In this document: positions 1 to 8,359 of the stretch, in pieces
How positions within the stretch are numbered: position 1 is the first letter of the stretch
Layout: every line of letters starts with the position of its first letter
Assembly: GCA_963742735.1 (NCBI GenBank)
Contig: CAVUMN010000005.1
Location: 1-27,021, forward strand
Direction: 5' to 3'
Source of the DNA: an uncultured Actinomycetes bacterium
GTDB taxonomy: Bacteria; Actinomycetota; UBA4738; JBBDTT01
DNA: 27,021 nucleotides
Notes under the pieces: model-generated
Database searches by the model: none
Seen by the model: the letters and a program-made list of their open reading frames with translations, nothing else
Told to the model about the DNA's origin: nothing
Made by a program: the position numbers and the translations under genes

Positions 1-1138
1 TCCTGCAATGCTGGCCGCAGGATGGCGGCCGCTTCATCACTCTGCCCTGCGTGGTCACGCGCGATCCCAAGACCGGCAAGCGCAACGTCGGCATGTACCG
101 CATGCAGGTCTACGACGAGCGCACCACCGGCATGCACTGGCAGCGCCAGAAAGTTGGCGCGGAACATTATCGCGAGACTGCATGCGACGGCCGCCGGCGA
201 GCGCAGGTGAGAGCCCGTCGCGGATCGCGGCCGCGGTCGACATCATGGCGCGCACTTCGCGGCGGCTCAGTCCGTGTCAGCCGGCAATCAGCCGCGCGGA
301 AGGATGGAAGTCGCGGTCGCCATCGGCACGGATCCGGCGATGACGTTCTCCGCGATCGTGCCCGCTCCGCCGGATGTCGAGGAATATCTGATCGCCGGAT
401 TCCTGCGGCAGAAGCCGGTGGAGCTGGTGAAGTGCGAGACGGTGGACCTGGAAGTTCCGGCGACTGCGGAGATCGTGCTCGAAGGCTACGTGCGAGCTGG
501 ACGAGCTGCGCACCGAAGGCCCCTTCGGCGATCACACCGGCTTCTACTCGCTCGAAGATCTGTATCCCGGTCTTCCACGTGACCTGCATCACGCACCGCA
601 AGAATCCCGATTTACTCCGACGACGATCGTGGGCAAGCCGCCGATGGAAGATGCATGGATGGGCAAGGCGGTGGAGCGCATCTTCCTGCCGCTGATGAGG
701 CTGACCATCCCGGAGATCGTGGACATCAATCTGCCGGTCGAAGGCGTGTTTCACAACCTGATGATCGTCTCGATCCGCAAGTCCTATCCCGGGCAGGCGC
801 GCAAGGTGATGAACGCCATCTGGTCGCTGGGGCAGGCGATGTTCACCAAGTGCATCATCGTGGTGGATGAAGACGTCAACGTGCAGGACGTCGGCGAAGT
901 CACGCTGAAGGTGCTCAACAACATCGATCCCGAGCGCGATATCCAGTTCACGCTGGGCCCGGTCGATTCGCTCGATCATGCCTCGCGCCTGCCGAATTAC
1001 GGATCGAAGATGGGCGATCGACGCCACGCGCAAGTGGGCGAGCGAAGGCTTCACCCGGCCGTGGCCGGACGAGATCGTGATGGATGAAAAGACCAAGGCG
1101 CGGGTGACAAGAAGTGGAAAGAGTTTGGGCTGGAGTGA
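1..1138 (+). CDS. UbiD-family (menaquinone-biosynthesis-type) prFMN decarboxylase, 5'-partial, broken by several frameshifts
   Basis: Consecutive frames give CWPQDGGRFITLP..RNVGMYRMQV, VAVAIGTDPA..EIVLEGY, EGPFGDHTGFY, GKPPMEDAWMGKAVERIFLP..GQAMFTKCIIVVDEDV..GPVDSLDHAS, DATRKWASEGFTRPWPDEI, ending KKWKEFGLE-TGA at 1136-1138. Confidence 0.88.
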
Positions 1139-1145
1139 AGTAGGG

Positions 1146-1166
1146 CAGTTGTCAGTTGTCGGTTGA
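1146..1166 (+). repeat. Short heptamer tandem repeat CAGTTGT x2 plus a degenerate third unit
   Basis: cagttgt-cagttgt-cggttga just after the UbiD stop. Confidence 0.45.
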
Positions 1167-1313
1167 GTCAGATGTTGAGCGACAGTGCGGCGATAGTAGT
1201 TGTGCTGTCAACTGTGTACAGCAGCTCTTAGTTGCCGATTGAAAACGCTGCAGGCTTTTCTGAGACTTTTGATGCCCCTGCTTCGTAATACGTATGAGCG
1301 GGAGGTATTGCCG

Positions 1314-1649
1314 ATGAAACCCTCTTTAACCTTGCTTGTGGCTGTGCTCCTGATCTTGGGCGTTCTGGCCGGATGCGCGCCCGGCCCTAACCCGTCAAAG
1401 GGAACGGCCAGCGAGCGCGGTGGAGTTGCGGGCTTCTGGCTCGGCCTCTGGCAAGGCTTTATCGCGCCCCTTGTGTTCGTGGTCTCGCTGTTCCGGAGGG
1501 ACGTCAATATCTATGAGGTCCACAACAACGGCTCTTGGTACAACTTCGGTTACCTGTTCGGTCTAGCCTGCTTCTTCGGCGGCAGCGGCAACCGGACGCC
1601 GCGGAGGGCGGTGAAGTGCGGCACCCCTCACGGAGGCGCCGGTCAATAA
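1314..1649 (+). CDS. Small conserved lipoprotein/membrane protein
   Basis: GGAGGT RBS at 1301-1306, ATG at 1314, signal peptide with lipobox LAGC, then GFWLGLWQG..VSLF..IYEVHNNGSWYNFGYLFG. The exact 3' end is uncertain. Confidence 0.75.
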   Translation: MKPSLTLLVAVLLILGVLAGCAPGPNPSKGTASERGGVAGFWLGLWQGFIAPLVFVVSLFRRDVNIYEVHNNGSWYNFGYLFGLACFFGGSGNRTPRRAVKCGTPHGGAGQ

Positions 1650-1672
1650 GTGCTATCGCCTGATGACAACAG

Positions 1673-2128
1673 CTAACCCTCGCCATTGGCTTTTCGCTTC
1701 TGCAATTCCCGAAAGTCGCGAGCATCTTCTCGAACACTCGGAGTCGCTTCTGCAAGAGCTTCTGCATCGCGCAGCAACGCCATGTAACGGTGGCGTAGTT
1801 CGACAGGCAAATCGGCGTTGAGAATCCGGTTTACCATCCAGACGGAAAGGGTGGTTGGACGCCGATTCACAGATGTCGCAAGCTCGTCTTCGTAGCTACG
1901 TAAACGTTCAAGTGTATGAACGAGCGGCCCCGGTGAGCCCAAATCGCTTTCAGGTAGGCGCTCCATAACCGCGAAAAGCTCTGGAATCGCTCGCTCCGGT
2001 GACGGCAGCTTCATAAGCGCGTCCGTGAGTTCGACCAGTTTCTCCGCTCCCTGAGCGCCTTGATTGTTCAGGTCGAAGTCGCTCGCCATGAGAGCACGAA
2101 GACCTGCTATCACTTGCTGGTAGGTCAT
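1673..2128 (-). CDS. Hypothetical helical protein, possibly an orphan immunity-type protein
   Basis: Clean ORF (alternative start at 2161) with DLGSPGPLVHTLE and SVNRRPTTLSVWMVNRILN blocks that look conserved. Confidence 0.7.
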   Translation of the reverse strand: MTYQQVIAGLRALMASDFDLNNQGAQGAEKLVELTDALMKLPSPERAIPELFAVMERLPESDLGSPGPLVHTLERLRSYEDELATSVNRRPTTLSVWMVNRILNADLPVELRHRYMALLRDAEALAEATPSVREDARDFRELQKRKANGEG

Positions 2129-2167
2129 GCCGAATTGTATCGTCTGAACGAACGTCACCATAACTTA

Positions 2168-2190
2168 CGTAACATCTCCATATCGCAAGT
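2168..2190 (+). repeat. 23-bp intergenic direct repeat, copy 1 (CGTAACATCTCCATATCGCAAGT)
   Basis: 20/23 identical to copy 2. Confidence 0.8.
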
Positions 2191-2217
2191 TACGAGTTTG
2201 CAGAGGCGGCCTTTTCA

Positions 2218-2451
2218 ATGACGAACAAATTCAGCTCGGCGAGTGCGCTGAGGGTGGCGCTGGTCATCTGCATTCTCGCGTTGCTGTATTGTCTAGCCGG
2301 AGTGCTGCAAGCCGAGTGGCTGTCCGCTACGCCGAACTTCCCACGACAAAGAGCGGACAGAGACCTAGAAATTTGGGGAAGCGGTACGCTGCTATCGCTG
2401 GTACTTGCTGGGTGTTGCGGAGTGTTTCTTCGGAAAAGGCGACCGAACTGA
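2218..2451 (+). CDS. Small two-TM hypothetical protein
   Basis: 77-aa ORF with two hydrophobic segments and a basic tail (RKRRPN), filling the space between repeat copies 1 and 2. Confidence 0.55.
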   Translation: MTNKFSSASALRVALVICILALLYCLAGVLQAEWLSATPNFPRQRADRDLEIWGSGTLLSLVLAGCCGVFLRKRRPN

Positions 2452-2463
2452 GCCGCTAGCTGG

Positions 2464-2486
2464 CGTAACATCCCCATAGCACAAGT
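2464..2486 (+). repeat. 23-bp intergenic direct repeat, copy 2 (CGTAACATCCCCATAGCACAAGT)
   Basis: Starts after a 12-bp gap from the stop of ORF 2218-2451; 20/23 to copy 1 and 16/23 to copy 3. Confidence 0.8.
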
Positions 2487-2518
2487 CAACTGAAAGCCGT
2501 TTGTCGGAATGTGCGAGC

Positions 2519-2875
2519 ATGTCGAACTTCGCTGAAACGGTGACAGACCGTCTAATTCCGCAGAACGTGCGGCGATACTGTACGTTCAAGAACGCTACCG
2601 CCGTAGTTGTGTTTGCCACTGTCGCCTTGGCTCTTGTCAGAGCGTTCGTCCGATTCGCCCCTGAACAAGTGACCCGATTGGAATCTCAAAACGTGTTCCA
2701 CTCGCCACTCTTTTTGAGCCTCTACTACTTGTTCGTGGCGGCTGTTCTGTGGGTCGTCTACGCAACCAGACAGCGTACAAGTTGGTACTTCTGGCGAGTC
2801 GCGGTATTTGGGATGACCCTCACAGGGGCTGTAATCGGACTCGTTGACATCATCCTGCCGCTACGGAGTTTCTGA
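2519..2875 (+). CDS. Small three-TM hypothetical membrane protein
   Basis: ORF with three hydrophobic segments, filling the space between repeat copies 2 and 3 (alternative TTG start at 2501). Confidence 0.55.
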   Translation: MSNFAETVTDRLIPQNVRRYCTFKNATAVVVFATVALALVRAFVRFAPEQVTRLESQNVFHSPLFLSLYYLFVAAVLWVVYATRQRTSWYFWRVAVFGMTLTGAVIGLVDIILPLRSF

Positions 2876-2882
2876 TAGTTGT

Positions 2883-2905
2883 CGTTATATCCCCATTACA
2901 CTCAT
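2883..2905 (+). repeat. 23-bp intergenic direct repeat, copy 3 (CGTTATATCCCCATTACACTCAT)
   Basis: Starts after a 7-bp gap from the stop at 2875; shares the core CGTWAYATCYCCAT. Confidence 0.7.
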
Positions 2906-2916
2906 TGCCCCTGCCT

Positions 2917-3016
2917 GGTGCCCCACACGACACGGTTTTTGTTGGGTTCGAGTAAGGAATTTCACTCGGACATTTTCCTCCCACTCATTCGAACACCGCG
3001 AATAAATGGGGCACCC
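2917..3016. repeat. Inverted pair of REP-like hairpin elements (BIME-like)
   Basis: GGTGCCCCA at 2917 and TGGGGCACC near 3007-3015 are inverted copies. 2980-3016 folds as CCCA..ATTCG-loop-CGAAT..TGGG with a GCACCC tail, and there is an internal CGAGT..ACTCG stem. Confidence 0.6.
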
Positions 3017-3105
3017 GGAGAGCACGCATCGCCGAGCAATAAGCACCTCCAAAACTAGCCCTAAGATGGCGATTTAGCCTACCGTCAAAATTCCTGAACC
3101 TAAAT

Positions 3106-3121
3106 AGATGTATATACATCT
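3106..3121. promoter_or_regulatory. Perfect 16-bp palindrome AGATGTATATACATCT, probable MarR autoregulatory operator
   Basis: Perfect dyad, extendable to AAATA..TATTT with one bulge, 14 bp upstream of the MarR ATG. Confidence 0.7.
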
Positions 3122-3135
3122 TATTTGGCGTGACG

Positions 3136-3579
3136 ATGAAGACGACCTCGATACCCGACCTGCCTTGCCTATGTGCCAACCTGCGGCGAGCAGCGCGGGC
3201 GCTTACCCAGATCTACGACGAGGCGCTTCGGCCGGTGGCTTTGAGCGCGCCGCAATTCACTATCCTGCAGACGCTGTCGCTGGCGGGGGAGATCACGCAA
3301 GGACGGATGGCTCAGATCCTTGCCATGGACAGCACGACTCTAACGCGGACGCTGGCCATCATGGAGCGGCAGGGATGGATCGCGCGGCGCGAGGGCGAGG
3401 ACCGGCGGGAGTGGCGGATTCAGTTGTCGAAGGCCGGAAGGAGCAAGTTCGAACGCGCCTCGCCCTACTGGGAGAAGGCCCAGGCACTGGTCAGGAAGGA
3501 ACTGGGAGAACCCGGTTGGGGCGATGCGATGAAAATCAGCAACGATGTAACCAGGGCGGTAGTAGCCCAGAGGAGTTGA
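3136..3579 (+). CDS. MarR-family transcriptional regulator
   Basis: CLCANLRRAARALTQIYDEAL..PQFTIL..MDSTTLTRTL..GWI..EDRR winged-helix pattern. Confidence 0.92.
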   Translation: MKTTSIPDLPCLCANLRRAARALTQIYDEALRPVALSAPQFTILQTLSLAGEITQGRMAQILAMDSTTLTRTLAIMERQGWIARREGEDRREWRIQLSKAGRSKFERASPYWEKAQALVRKELGEPGWGDAMKISNDVTRAVVAQRS

Positions 3580-3632
3580 AATGTTGTATCCAGCGTTATT
3601 CGGAATCACCATCGCGTTCAGTTTTGTTGTGT

Positions 3633-5439
3633 GAACCTGGTTGAAGCCGATCGCGTCGACGAGGAAGTCTGCGCGGACCATCTTCCGCAGCTGACCCATG
3701 TTGATCTCGGGGATCACGACGGTGCGGTACTTGCGCACCACCTCGCCGAGGTTCTTCGGGAACGGGTTGAGATGCATCAGGTGGGCGCGGGCGACCTTGC
3801 GCCGGCGGGCTCGGAGGCGCCGACAGGCCGCGATGATCGTCCCGTAGGTCGATCCCCAGCCGAGCACCAGGACCTCGGCCCCCTCGTCCTCGTCGACCTC
3901 GAGCTCGGGGATGTCGTCCGCGATGCCGTCGATCTTCTGCTGCCGCAGACGAGTCATGAGGTCGTGGTTGTCCGCGTCGTAGGAGATCGCTCCCTCGCCG
4001 TCGGACTTCTCCAGGCCGCCGATGCGGTGCTCCAGCCCGGGGGTTCCCGGTACCGCCCACGGTCGAGCCAGGGTCTCGGGGTCGCGGAGGAACGGCCAGA
4101 ACTCGCCCTCGTGGTTCGGCTGGCTTGCGAACTCGACGCTGATGTCGGGGAGGCTCTCGACCGAGGGGACCAGCCACGGCTCCGCGCCGTTGCCGAGGTA
4201 GCCGTCGGTGAGCAGGTAGACCGGGGTCCGGTACTTCAGGGCGATCCGCACGGCCTCGATGGCCGCGTGGAAGCAGTGGCTCGGCGAGTAGGCGGCGACG
4301 ATCGGGACCGGGGCCTCGCCGTGGCGGCCGTACATGGCGTGCAGCAGGTCGGCTTGCTCCGTCTTCGTGGGCAGGCCGGTGGAGGGTCCACCGCGCTGGA
4401 CGTCGATGATCAGCAGCGGCAGCTCGACGCTCACCGCCAGGCCGACCGTCTCGGACTTGAGGTCCAGGCCGGGGCCGGAGGTGGTGGTCACGCCGAGGGC
4501 GCCGCCGAACGCCGCGCCGAGGGCCGAGCCGATCGCGCCGATCTCGTCCTCGGCCTGGAAGGTCCGCACGCCGAAGGCCTTGTGACGCGACAGCTCGTGG
4601 AGGATGTCCGAGGCCGGGGTGATCGGGTACGAGCCGAGGAACAGCGGAAGCCCGGACTGGACGCTGGCCGCGATCAGCCCGAAGGACAGGGCCTGGTTGC
4701 CGGTGATGTTCCGGTAGGTCCCCGGCGGAAGGTTGGCCTTGCGGACCGTGAAGCTGGTCGCGAAGAGCTCCGTCGTCTCGCCGAAGTGGATGCCCTTGGT
4801 GAACGCCATCACGTTCGCGTCGGCGATCTCCTGTCGCTTCGCGAACTTCTTCTTGATCCAGTCGATCGTGGGCTCGGGCGGCCGGTGGTACATCCAGGTC
4901 ACGATGCCGAGGGCGAACATGTTCTTCGCCCGGTCGGCCTCCTTCTTCGTGATCGGGATCTCCTTGAGGGCCTCCATGGTCAGGCTGGTGAGGGGGACCT
5001 CGACGACCTGGTACGCGTCGGTCACGGCGGCGTCCTCGAGGGGGTTCGACTCGTAGCCGGCCTTCTTGAGGTTCGCGTCGGTGAAGGCGTCGACGTTCAC
5101 GATGAGCGACCCGCCCCGGACCAGGTCTCGCAGGTTCTTCTTCAGCGCCGCAGGGTTCATGGCCACCAGGACGCTCGGCTGGTCCCCCGGCGTGAGGATG
5201 TCGTAGTCGGCGAAGTGGATCTGGAACGACGAAACCCCCGCCACGGTGCCGGCGGGGGCTCGGATCTCGGCGGGGAAGTCCGGGAGGGTGGCTACGTCGT
5301 TGCCGAAGACGGCGCTGGCGCTGGTGAATCGGTCTCCGGTGAGCTGCATTCCATCGCCGGAGTCACCGGCGAATCGAATGACGACCCGTTCCAGTTCCTT
5401 GACGGTCTTCTGTGGTAGCTCGGCCTCAGTCGTGCTCAC
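3633..5439 (-). CDS. korA: 2-oxoacid:ferredoxin oxidoreductase alpha subunit, 3'-truncated at a junction
   Basis: VVIRFAGDSGDGMQLTG, SYPITPASDILHEL, QAEDEI, TSGPG, DVQRGGPSTGLPTKTEQADL, WGST, PEINMGQL. Similarity stops after DAIGFNQV and the frame then runs into unrelated sequence. Confidence 0.92.
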
Positions 5440-5541
5440 GTTGTCCTCTGGTTGGCGGCGGTCGGGGCGGATCGGCCTCCGTTACTGATGATACTCCTCG
5501 CCCCCGAATGTCCCTGCTCAGCGGCCATATTGGCGCCTCGC

Positions 5542-5700
5542 TCACTCCTCCTCGACGGGGTCGGCGGTCTCCTCGGTGCGCCGGCGGATCACGTTGTGGT
5601 CGTCGGGGTCGACGGTCGAGTTGTCCTCGGTCCGCTCCTCGGACTCGCGAAGCAGCTGATCCGCCGCCTCCGGGTCGCGCTTGATCTCCCGATCCTCCAT
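5542..5700 (-). CDS. Small acidic hypothetical protein (52 aa), absent from the ORF track
   Basis: GAGGAGG RBS, ATG at 5700, MEDREIKRDPEAADQLLRESEERTEDNSTVDPDDHNVIRRRTEETADPVEEE-TGA, with GC3-rich codons. Confidence 0.7.
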   Translation of the reverse strand: MEDREIKRDPEAADQLLRESEERTEDNSTVDPDDHNVIRRRTEETADPVEEE

Positions 5701-5756
5701 GGCCGTCCTCCTCGAGCGTCGTCACTTCGCGTGTGTGGCATCGTTGCCGGTGAATC

Positions 5757-6950
5757 ATGGCATCTGCCTACCTGGACCATGCATCCTCCGCGCCGCTTCG
5801 TCCAGCGGCGCGCGACGCGCTCGTGGAGGCCCTCGACGCGTTCGGTGATCCCGAACGCCATCACGCGGAGGGCCGGCGGGCCAGGCTGATCCTCGACGGC
5901 GCCCGGGCGACCGTCGCGGAGCGCCTGGGGGCCCACCCCGAGGAGGTCCTGTTCACCGCCGGCGGGACCGAGTCGGTCAATCTGGCCGTCGCCGGGGCCG
6001 CCCGCGGCGTCGCTCCGCAGGGTGGTCGCATCCTCATCACCGCCGTCGAGCACCCAAGCGTGTCGGAGGCCGCCTACCGGCTGGCGGACCGCGACGGGTA
6101 CCAGGTCGTCGAGATCGCCGTCGACGAGACGGGGCGGGCGGACGTGGACCGCTTCGCCGCTGAGGTCGCCGTCCCCGGCACGGTCCTGGCGTCGGTCCAG
6201 CACGCGAACCCCGACGTGGGCACCATGCACGAGCTCGCCGAGATGACCAGGCTCGCGCACATGCACGGCGTCCTGCTCCACACCGACGCGTGCCAGACGG
6301 TCGGCCGGCTCCCCGTCGACGTTCGCCGCCTGGACGTGGACCTGCTCTCGCTCTCCTCCCACAAGTTCGGTGGCCCCCCGGGCGCCGGCGGGCTCTACGC
6401 GCGACGCGGCCTTCGGTTCGAGGCCCAGACCCTGGGAGACGAACGGGAGCGGCGGCGGCGGGCGGGTCGCGAGAACGTCCCGGCCCTCGCCGGCATGGCG
6501 GCGGCGCTCGACGAGGCAGCGGCCGAGATCCCCGGCGAGGCGGGGCGGCTGTGGGAGCTCTCCGACCGCCTGCGTGCCGGCCTGGAGGAGCGCGTCCCCG
6601 ACGTGCAGGTCCACGGCCACCCCACCCATCGGGTCCCCCACATCGTGTGCTGGAGCGTCCTCGGCCTCGACGGCGAGGAGCTGTTGATGGCCCTCGACGA
6701 ACGGGGCATCCGGCTGGACACCGGCTCGCGCTGCCCGGGTTCGAGCGAGGAGTCCTCGTTCGTCCTGGAGGCCATGGGCCGCGACCCGCGTGGGTCGCTC
6801 CGGGCGAGCCTGGGAACGACCACCACGGCCGCGGAGATCGACGTGGTGCTGGAGGTGCTGCCCGAGGTGGTCGCCGAGCTGCGGCGGATGGCCGAGGTCT
6901 CGGCGAGCGCGCTTGACCGGCTCAACGACGTCCCGACGACGAAGGAGTGA
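5757..6950 (+). CDS. Cysteine desulfurase (IscS/NifS family)
   Basis: YLDHASSAP, FTAGGTES, VEHPSV, HTDACQ, SSHKFGGP (PLP Lys) and TGSRC (catalytic Cys). Confidence 0.92.
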   Translation: MASAYLDHASSAPLRPAARDALVEALDAFGDPERHHAEGRRARLILDGARATVAERLGAHPEEVLFTAGGTESVNLAVAGAARGVAPQGGRILITAVEHPSVSEAAYRLADRDGYQVVEIAVDETGRADVDRFAAEVAVPGTVLASVQHANPDVGTMHELAEMTRLAHMHGVLLHTDACQTVGRLPVDVRRLDVDLLSLSSHKFGGPPGAGGLYARRGLRFEAQTLGDERERRRRAGRENVPALAGMAAALDEAAAEIPGEAGRLWELSDRLRAGLEERVPDVQVHGHPTHRVPHIVCWSVLGLDGEELLMALDERGIRLDTGSRCPGSSEESSFVLEAMGRDPRGSLRASLGTTTTAAEIDVVLEVLPEVVAELRRMAEVSASALDRLNDVPTTKE

Positions 6951-6952
6951 CC

Positions 6953-7879
6953 ATGCAGATGCGCAAGCTGGGTCAGGACGAGATCTCCGTTATCGGCTTC
7001 GGGGCGTGGGAGGCCGGCGGCGCGGTGTGGGGCGAGGGTCCCGGGGACGAGGGCTCGATCGAGGCGATCCGCGCGGCCCTGGATGCCGGGATCACCTGGA
7101 TCGACACCGCGGAGATCTACGGGAGCGGACGGTCCGAGGAGGTGGTCGGGCGCGCGATCAAGGGGATCGAGCCCCGGCCGTTCCTGGCCACGAAGGTGGC
7201 CGCCAGTGTCTCGGGCTATTCGGCCGAGGGCGTCCGCGCCGGCGCCGAGGGCTCGCTGCGGCGACTGGGCATCGACGTGATCGACCTGTACCAGATCCAC
7301 TGGCCCTCACACGAGTGGCCCCTCGAGGAATCATGGGGGGCGATGGCCAAGCTCGTCGAGGACGGCCTCGCCCGCAACGTCGGCGTCTCGAACTTCAACC
7401 GGGACCTCCTCGAGAGATGCCAGGCGATGCGCCAGGTCGACTCCGTCCAGAACCACTTCTCGATGCTCCATCACGGGACCGGGCCCGAGCTGTTCCCGTG
7501 GTGCGAGGAGAACGGCACGACGTTCCTGGCGTACGGGCCGCTCGCGTACGGCCTGCTCACCGGGAGGATCGACATGGACACCGAGTTCGCGGAGGACGAC
7601 TGGCGCGGCTCCGGCTCGATGGGCTACTACGACGAGTTCTTCGAGCCCGCCAACCGGGCAAAGCACCTCGAGAGGATCGACGCGCTGCGGCCGATCGCCG
7701 ACGACCTCGGCATCTCGATGTCGCAGCTGGCGCTGGCGTGGGTGGCCAATCGATCGCCGGTGACGGCGGCCATCGCCGGGAGCCGCAACCCCGAGCACGT
7801 GCGAACCAACGCCGCCGCCGGCGACGTGATCATCGACCAGGCCAAGATGGACCTGATCGACGAGATCCTGCGAGGGTAG
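6953..7879 (+). CDS. Aldo/keto reductase
   Basis: IGFGAW, WIDTAEIYG, ATK, IDLYQIHWP, VGVSNF, AYGPLAYGLLTG; AAGGAG RBS. Confidence 0.93.
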   Translation: MQMRKLGQDEISVIGFGAWEAGGAVWGEGPGDEGSIEAIRAALDAGITWIDTAEIYGSGRSEEVVGRAIKGIEPRPFLATKVAASVSGYSAEGVRAGAEGSLRRLGIDVIDLYQIHWPSHEWPLEESWGAMAKLVEDGLARNVGVSNFNRDLLERCQAMRQVDSVQNHFSMLHHGTGPELFPWCEENGTTFLAYGPLAYGLLTGRIDMDTEFAEDDWRGSGSMGYYDEFFEPANRAKHLERIDALRPIADDLGISMSQLALAWVANRSPVTAAIAGSRNPEHVRTNAAAGDVIIDQAKMDLIDEILRG

Positions 7880-7921
7880 GATCAAGCCGGCGTCCCGAAG
7901 GGTGCCCGCAGGAGGTGCGCG

Positions 7922-8350
7922 ATGCGCCGCTACCTGATCGTGGCGAACCAGACCCTGGGCGGAGAGCAGCTGGCCGCCGTCGTCCGGGAGCGCCTGGCCG
8001 CCGGGTCGTGCGAGTTCCATCTGGTCGTTCCCGCCACCCCGCCGTCCGATCACGCGACCTGGCTGGAAGGGCAGGCCAAGCACCTGGCTCAGGAACGCCT
8101 CGACGCGGCGCTCGTCGCGTTCCGTCAGCTCGGGGCGACGCGTGTCGACGGCGAGGTGGGCGACGCGAGGCCGATGCTGGCCATCGGGGACGCGCTCCGC
8201 CACGGCGAGTTCGACGAGATCATCGTGTCCACCCTGCACCCCGGCATCAGCCGATGGTTGCGGATGGACCTCCCCCATCGGGCCGAGCGGCAGTTCGAGC
8301 TGCCCGTGACGCACGTCGAGGACGCGGCGGTGCCGATCGAAGCCGGTTGA
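7922..8350 (+). CDS. Universal-stress-protein-like protein
   Basis: RRYLIVANQT..FHLVVPAT..GEVGD..FDEIIVST..SRWLRMDLP..LPVTHV; GGAGG RBS. Confidence 0.75.
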   Translation: MRRYLIVANQTLGGEQLAAVVRERLAAGSCEFHLVVPATPPSDHATWLEGQAKHLAQERLDAALVAFRQLGATRVDGEVGDARPMLAIGDALRHGEFDEIIVSTLHPGISRWLRMDLPHRAERQFELPVTHVEDAAVPIEAG

Positions 8351-8359
8351 GGCGAGGCG

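Noticed and set aside
2168-2905. The 23-bp repeats as a CRISPR array or integron attC sites
   Set aside because: Spacers are about 270-400 bp and contain ORFs; there are no cas genes, no attC R''/R' boxes with a long hairpin, and no intI in the window.
3340-3632. Apparent C-terminal extension of KorA (699-aa ORF)
   Set aside because: Read-through past the junction into the antisense strand of marR, with no KorA-like sequence.
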